Shown here piece by piece: positions 61,046 to 64,000 of a stretch of 64,000 bases of DNA. The stretch's first letter is position 1, and the number at the start of each line of letters is the position of its first letter. The notes under the pieces were generated by a model. That model saw nothing but the letters and a program-made list of their open reading frames with translations. It searched no databases and had not been told where the DNA came from. Origin of the DNA: Camelus dromedarius (Eukaryota). The position numbers and the translations under genes are program-made. The DNA lies in contig NC_087437.1 of NCBI RefSeq assembly GCF_036321535.1, positions 5,518,001-5,582,000 on the forward strand, read 5' to 3'.

Positions 61046-61954
61046 ATCCACATCCTCATTATTATTCATCTCTGCACAAAGATGTGAAAATCATACTCCC
61101 TCCATAGTTACTAGCAGCCACGAGGAGTGTCCCAGCCTCAAGCCCCCCAGCCCTGCCCTGGGCTGTCCTCCATCCAGCAGGGGAGCCCCACACGTCGTAA
61201 TTACACGTTAATGAAGAACAGAGGCCTCCCTCGTTTTACTTTGCATTTCATTTCCAGAGTAATTTGATGTGTGTGTGGAGAAGGGCGGGTGTGAGGGAAT
61301 GTAAACAGTGCTCATTTATTACAGGTTTAATTTAGACCAGATCTCCCCCTAATCCAGTTCTGAGCAGTATCATTTGTACCCGGGAGCAGTAAACAGTAAT
61401 GAAGATCAGCTGCAGGAAAGAGGCAGGCTGAGTCTTCTGCTGGGTGTGCCTGCTAGTGAAATAAAAAACAAACAAAAAACTTGAGTACCTTCACAATTTG
61501 CCACCTAATTTTGACCTACATATAGAAACTAGGACAAAATTTTGGTTTTAACCAGCTAGTTCTGTGTGGGAGTTCTTCCAGCCATCTGGTTGGCCACCGT
61601 ACCTGAGCCTGTCTACCTCGGACGATGCCCTTGACCTTGTCATGGCCGTGTAAGCCCTACAAAATCTCAAGTTCACTGTCTGAATTTCTGTCTCCGTCCC
61701 TCTAGTATCCTGTGTTACTGTGCTCTTGTGCTGTGGCTTAAACAGCAGCTCAGGGAGAGGAGAGAACAGGGGTACTGGGTACCACTCAGGCTCCGGGGTC
61801 AGATGGTCAGCAGCTCAGGCCAGCTGGGTGGGGAGTGGTGCTCCAAGAAGCCCCATTTCTCCGTCCCTGTCATGGACATGGAAAGAGTTAAACCAGCCTC
61901 GCAGGGTGATTGCGAGAACTTGATGAGATTATCGATTTTAAAAAGTGCTTTAAA

Positions 61955-62170
61955 AATTAGGGGTTGGGGATTAACAGACACACATGACTATGTATAAAAT
62001 AGAGAAACAACAAGGGCCTACTGTCTAGCACAGGGAATTATATTCAATTTCTTGTAATAACATATAATGGAAAAGAATCTGAAAAAGAATATATATGTAT
62101 GTTTATGTATAACTGAATCACTTTGCTGTCCACCTGAAACTAACATTGTAAATCAACTCCACTTTGATAA
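61955..62170 (+). mobile_element. Short L1 3' end inserted in a MIR (MIR halves ~61780-61950 and ~62390-62450)
   Basis: 'gggattaacagacacac...gcacagggaattatattc...aactgaatcactttgctgt...aatcaact'. Confidence 0.85.
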
Positions 62171-62745
62171 ATTTTTTTTAATTGCACTTTTAAGAGCCTA
62201 AAAAAGATGCAGAAGTACAAAAAGACGTTTGTACAACGGGGATTCCGTTAGGAAGAACCGTGCGTGTTATGGAAAAAAATAGAGAAAAATATAAACACAT
62301 TTCCACTTGAGGATTGGTGTATATATGTGTGTGTGTGGTGTGTATTGATAAAATACATATCTTAATGAAAATATATATCTTAAAAACAGGTGCTTGCACA
62401 GTGCCTGGTACAGTGCTTAAGGAGGGGAGGTTAATTTTTATTATTATCACCTCTGATCTTGGCAGTGAGACACGGAAGAGATGGAGGAACCCTGCGACCC
62501 CGTTCCAGTCTCTCCTTCCCCCAGCCCTGGCCATCTTGGGTGTAACTCAAAACTTCGCATTTGATCTAAAGTTTGACTCTCAAGAAGCCACTTCTTTCTG
62601 TAATACTTCCCCAAATTCTTAATCAAGAGGCAATACTAACTGGTTTTCTTGCGAATTCATCTAATGATGACTGAGCTATTTGTACGGGCACTTTGTAAGA
62701 AGATATATTTTTCCCCAGAGAGCTAGTGAATGTTCTTTAAGGAGG

Positions 62746-62955
62746 GAGCTGCATTTTCCAATACAGTAGCCACTAGCCACATGTGGCTATTTAAATCTGA
62801 ATCAATTAAACTTGGTTTTTTAATTAAGAATTTAGTTCCTCGGTTGTGCTGGCCACATTTCAAGTGCTCAGTCACCACGTGTGGCTACCGGCTACCACAC
62901 TGGACAGTGAAGATAAGGAAGATTCATCACCGTCCTGTTGTATCGGTGCTAACTG
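62746..62955. mobile_element. MER3 (hAT-Charlie MITE)
   Basis: 'ccaatacagtagccactagccacatgtggctatttaaat...ccacatttcaagtgctca...ggctaccacactggacag'. Confidence 0.8.
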
Positions 62956-63234
62956 GCTTAAACTGGGGTTCAGTAAACACAGGATAGAAAGTAAGAGAGA
63001 TGGGAGGAAAAGAGAAAGTAAAACAGGGTTGAAAGACAAGGTGGGATGGTAAAGAGAAATTTTATTGATATAAATTTGCAAAGAGCTGGTCCTGACTTTT
63101 GATGTAATAAAACCACTGAACACTAAACAAAATTGCTCATACATTGTGTGTTGAGGGGGTGAGAAGGCAAGGTCAGGAAATATTTTTAAGCTTCTGAAAA
63201 TTTCACTGATGTGCTTCATTTTGCACAAGAGAAG

Positions 63235-64000
63235 TTCTCTAGTTCATCAGATATTTATTGAGTGCCGGGTGAGGGATGAGTGAGTCGTGTGGATATTGGG
63301 GGCAGAGAGTTCCAGGGCTGCGGAAAAAGTAGGTCAGGATTCGGAGGACCAGGAATGTGGGGGTGGGAGCCAGGCTGGAGAGAGAGGGTAGGACTGAACA
63401 GATTGATCAGACTGGGAAGCAGGTGAGGGAGTGAGCCATGTGGGTCCCTGCCGGAGCACAAGTCCTTAGGCCATGGCCTGCTGGCGCGTTCAAGGTCAAA
63501 GTGGCCTGAGCAGAGAGAGTGGAGTGAGGGACACCAGGTCTGAGAGGTGACGGGGAGGAGGGTGCAGATCATATTTCGCTTTATAAAGCCTTGTTAGTTA
63601 GTCCTGGTTTTTACTGGGTGTGACGTTAGGGAGTCATCAGATAGTTTTCAAAGCAACACAGTGAGATCTGACTTAGGTTTTAAAGAGTATTCTGGATCCT
63701 GAGATGAGATGGTGATGGCTTAGACCAGAGTGGGAACTGGAAAGGAAAGCTGGCGAGAAGTGCTGAGTTCTGGATACATCTTAAGATGGAGCTGACATGA
63801 CATGTTGACGGATTGGATTAGGGGGGCGTGAGAGAAATAAAGGAATGAAGATGACTCTAAAGTTTTTGGTCTGAGTATCTTCGAAGATGGAGTTGCCATC
63901 AACCCATGAAAAAGGCTGTAGGTGGCCGGGTGTTTTCCTGTTTGGTGGGGGAGGGGAGGAGGGATCAACATTTGGTTGAGTTTGAGATCTTTCAGTGGAG
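63235..64000 (-). mobile_element. L2 LINE fragment (runs off the window)
   Basis: 'cagatatttattgagtgcc...gatctgacttaggttttaaaag...ggatacatcttaag...gatgactctaaagtttttggtctgag...gatggagttgccat'. Confidence 0.75.

Noticed and set aside
1..64000. CRISPR arrays, operons or prokaryotic defence systems
   Set aside because: The sequence is intron- and retrotransposon-rich mammalian DNA with no repeat-spacer array.

Overview
Mammalian genomic DNA, most likely camelid (alpaca/camel), judged from tRNA-Ala-derived vic-1-type SINEs and the L1 3' ends. The only protein-coding gene is the germ-cell RNA-binding gene DAZL on the minus strand. Exon 1 (5'UTR plus ATG only, in a CpG island at ~10.6-11.9 kb) and exons 2-8 (down to position 54) are present. 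All have canonical GT-AG junctions and join in frame into 207 codons covering the RRM and the single DAZ repeat; the 3' exons lie beyond the left edge. The remaining ~52 kb is repeat-dense upstream intergenic DNA: young and old L1s (two nested clusters), L2, MIR, L3/CR1, MaLR/ERVL/ERV1 solo LTRs and hAT MITEs. I see no novel protein-coding system. The most unusual signals are: (1) a ~335-bp TSD-flanked element made of an L1 5' end joined directly to an L1 3' end, a candidate spliced or non-autonomous mini-L1; (2) several L1 insertions carrying extra 3' sequence (3' transductions or a chimera); (3) a template-switch hairpin in DAZL intron 1; (4) an E2F6/E-box (PRC1.6-type) motif cluster plus a second NRF1/ETS promoter-like module in the DAZL CpG island. 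Repeat family names were assigned by eye from remembered consensus sequences, and repeat boundaries are approximate unless TSDs are given.
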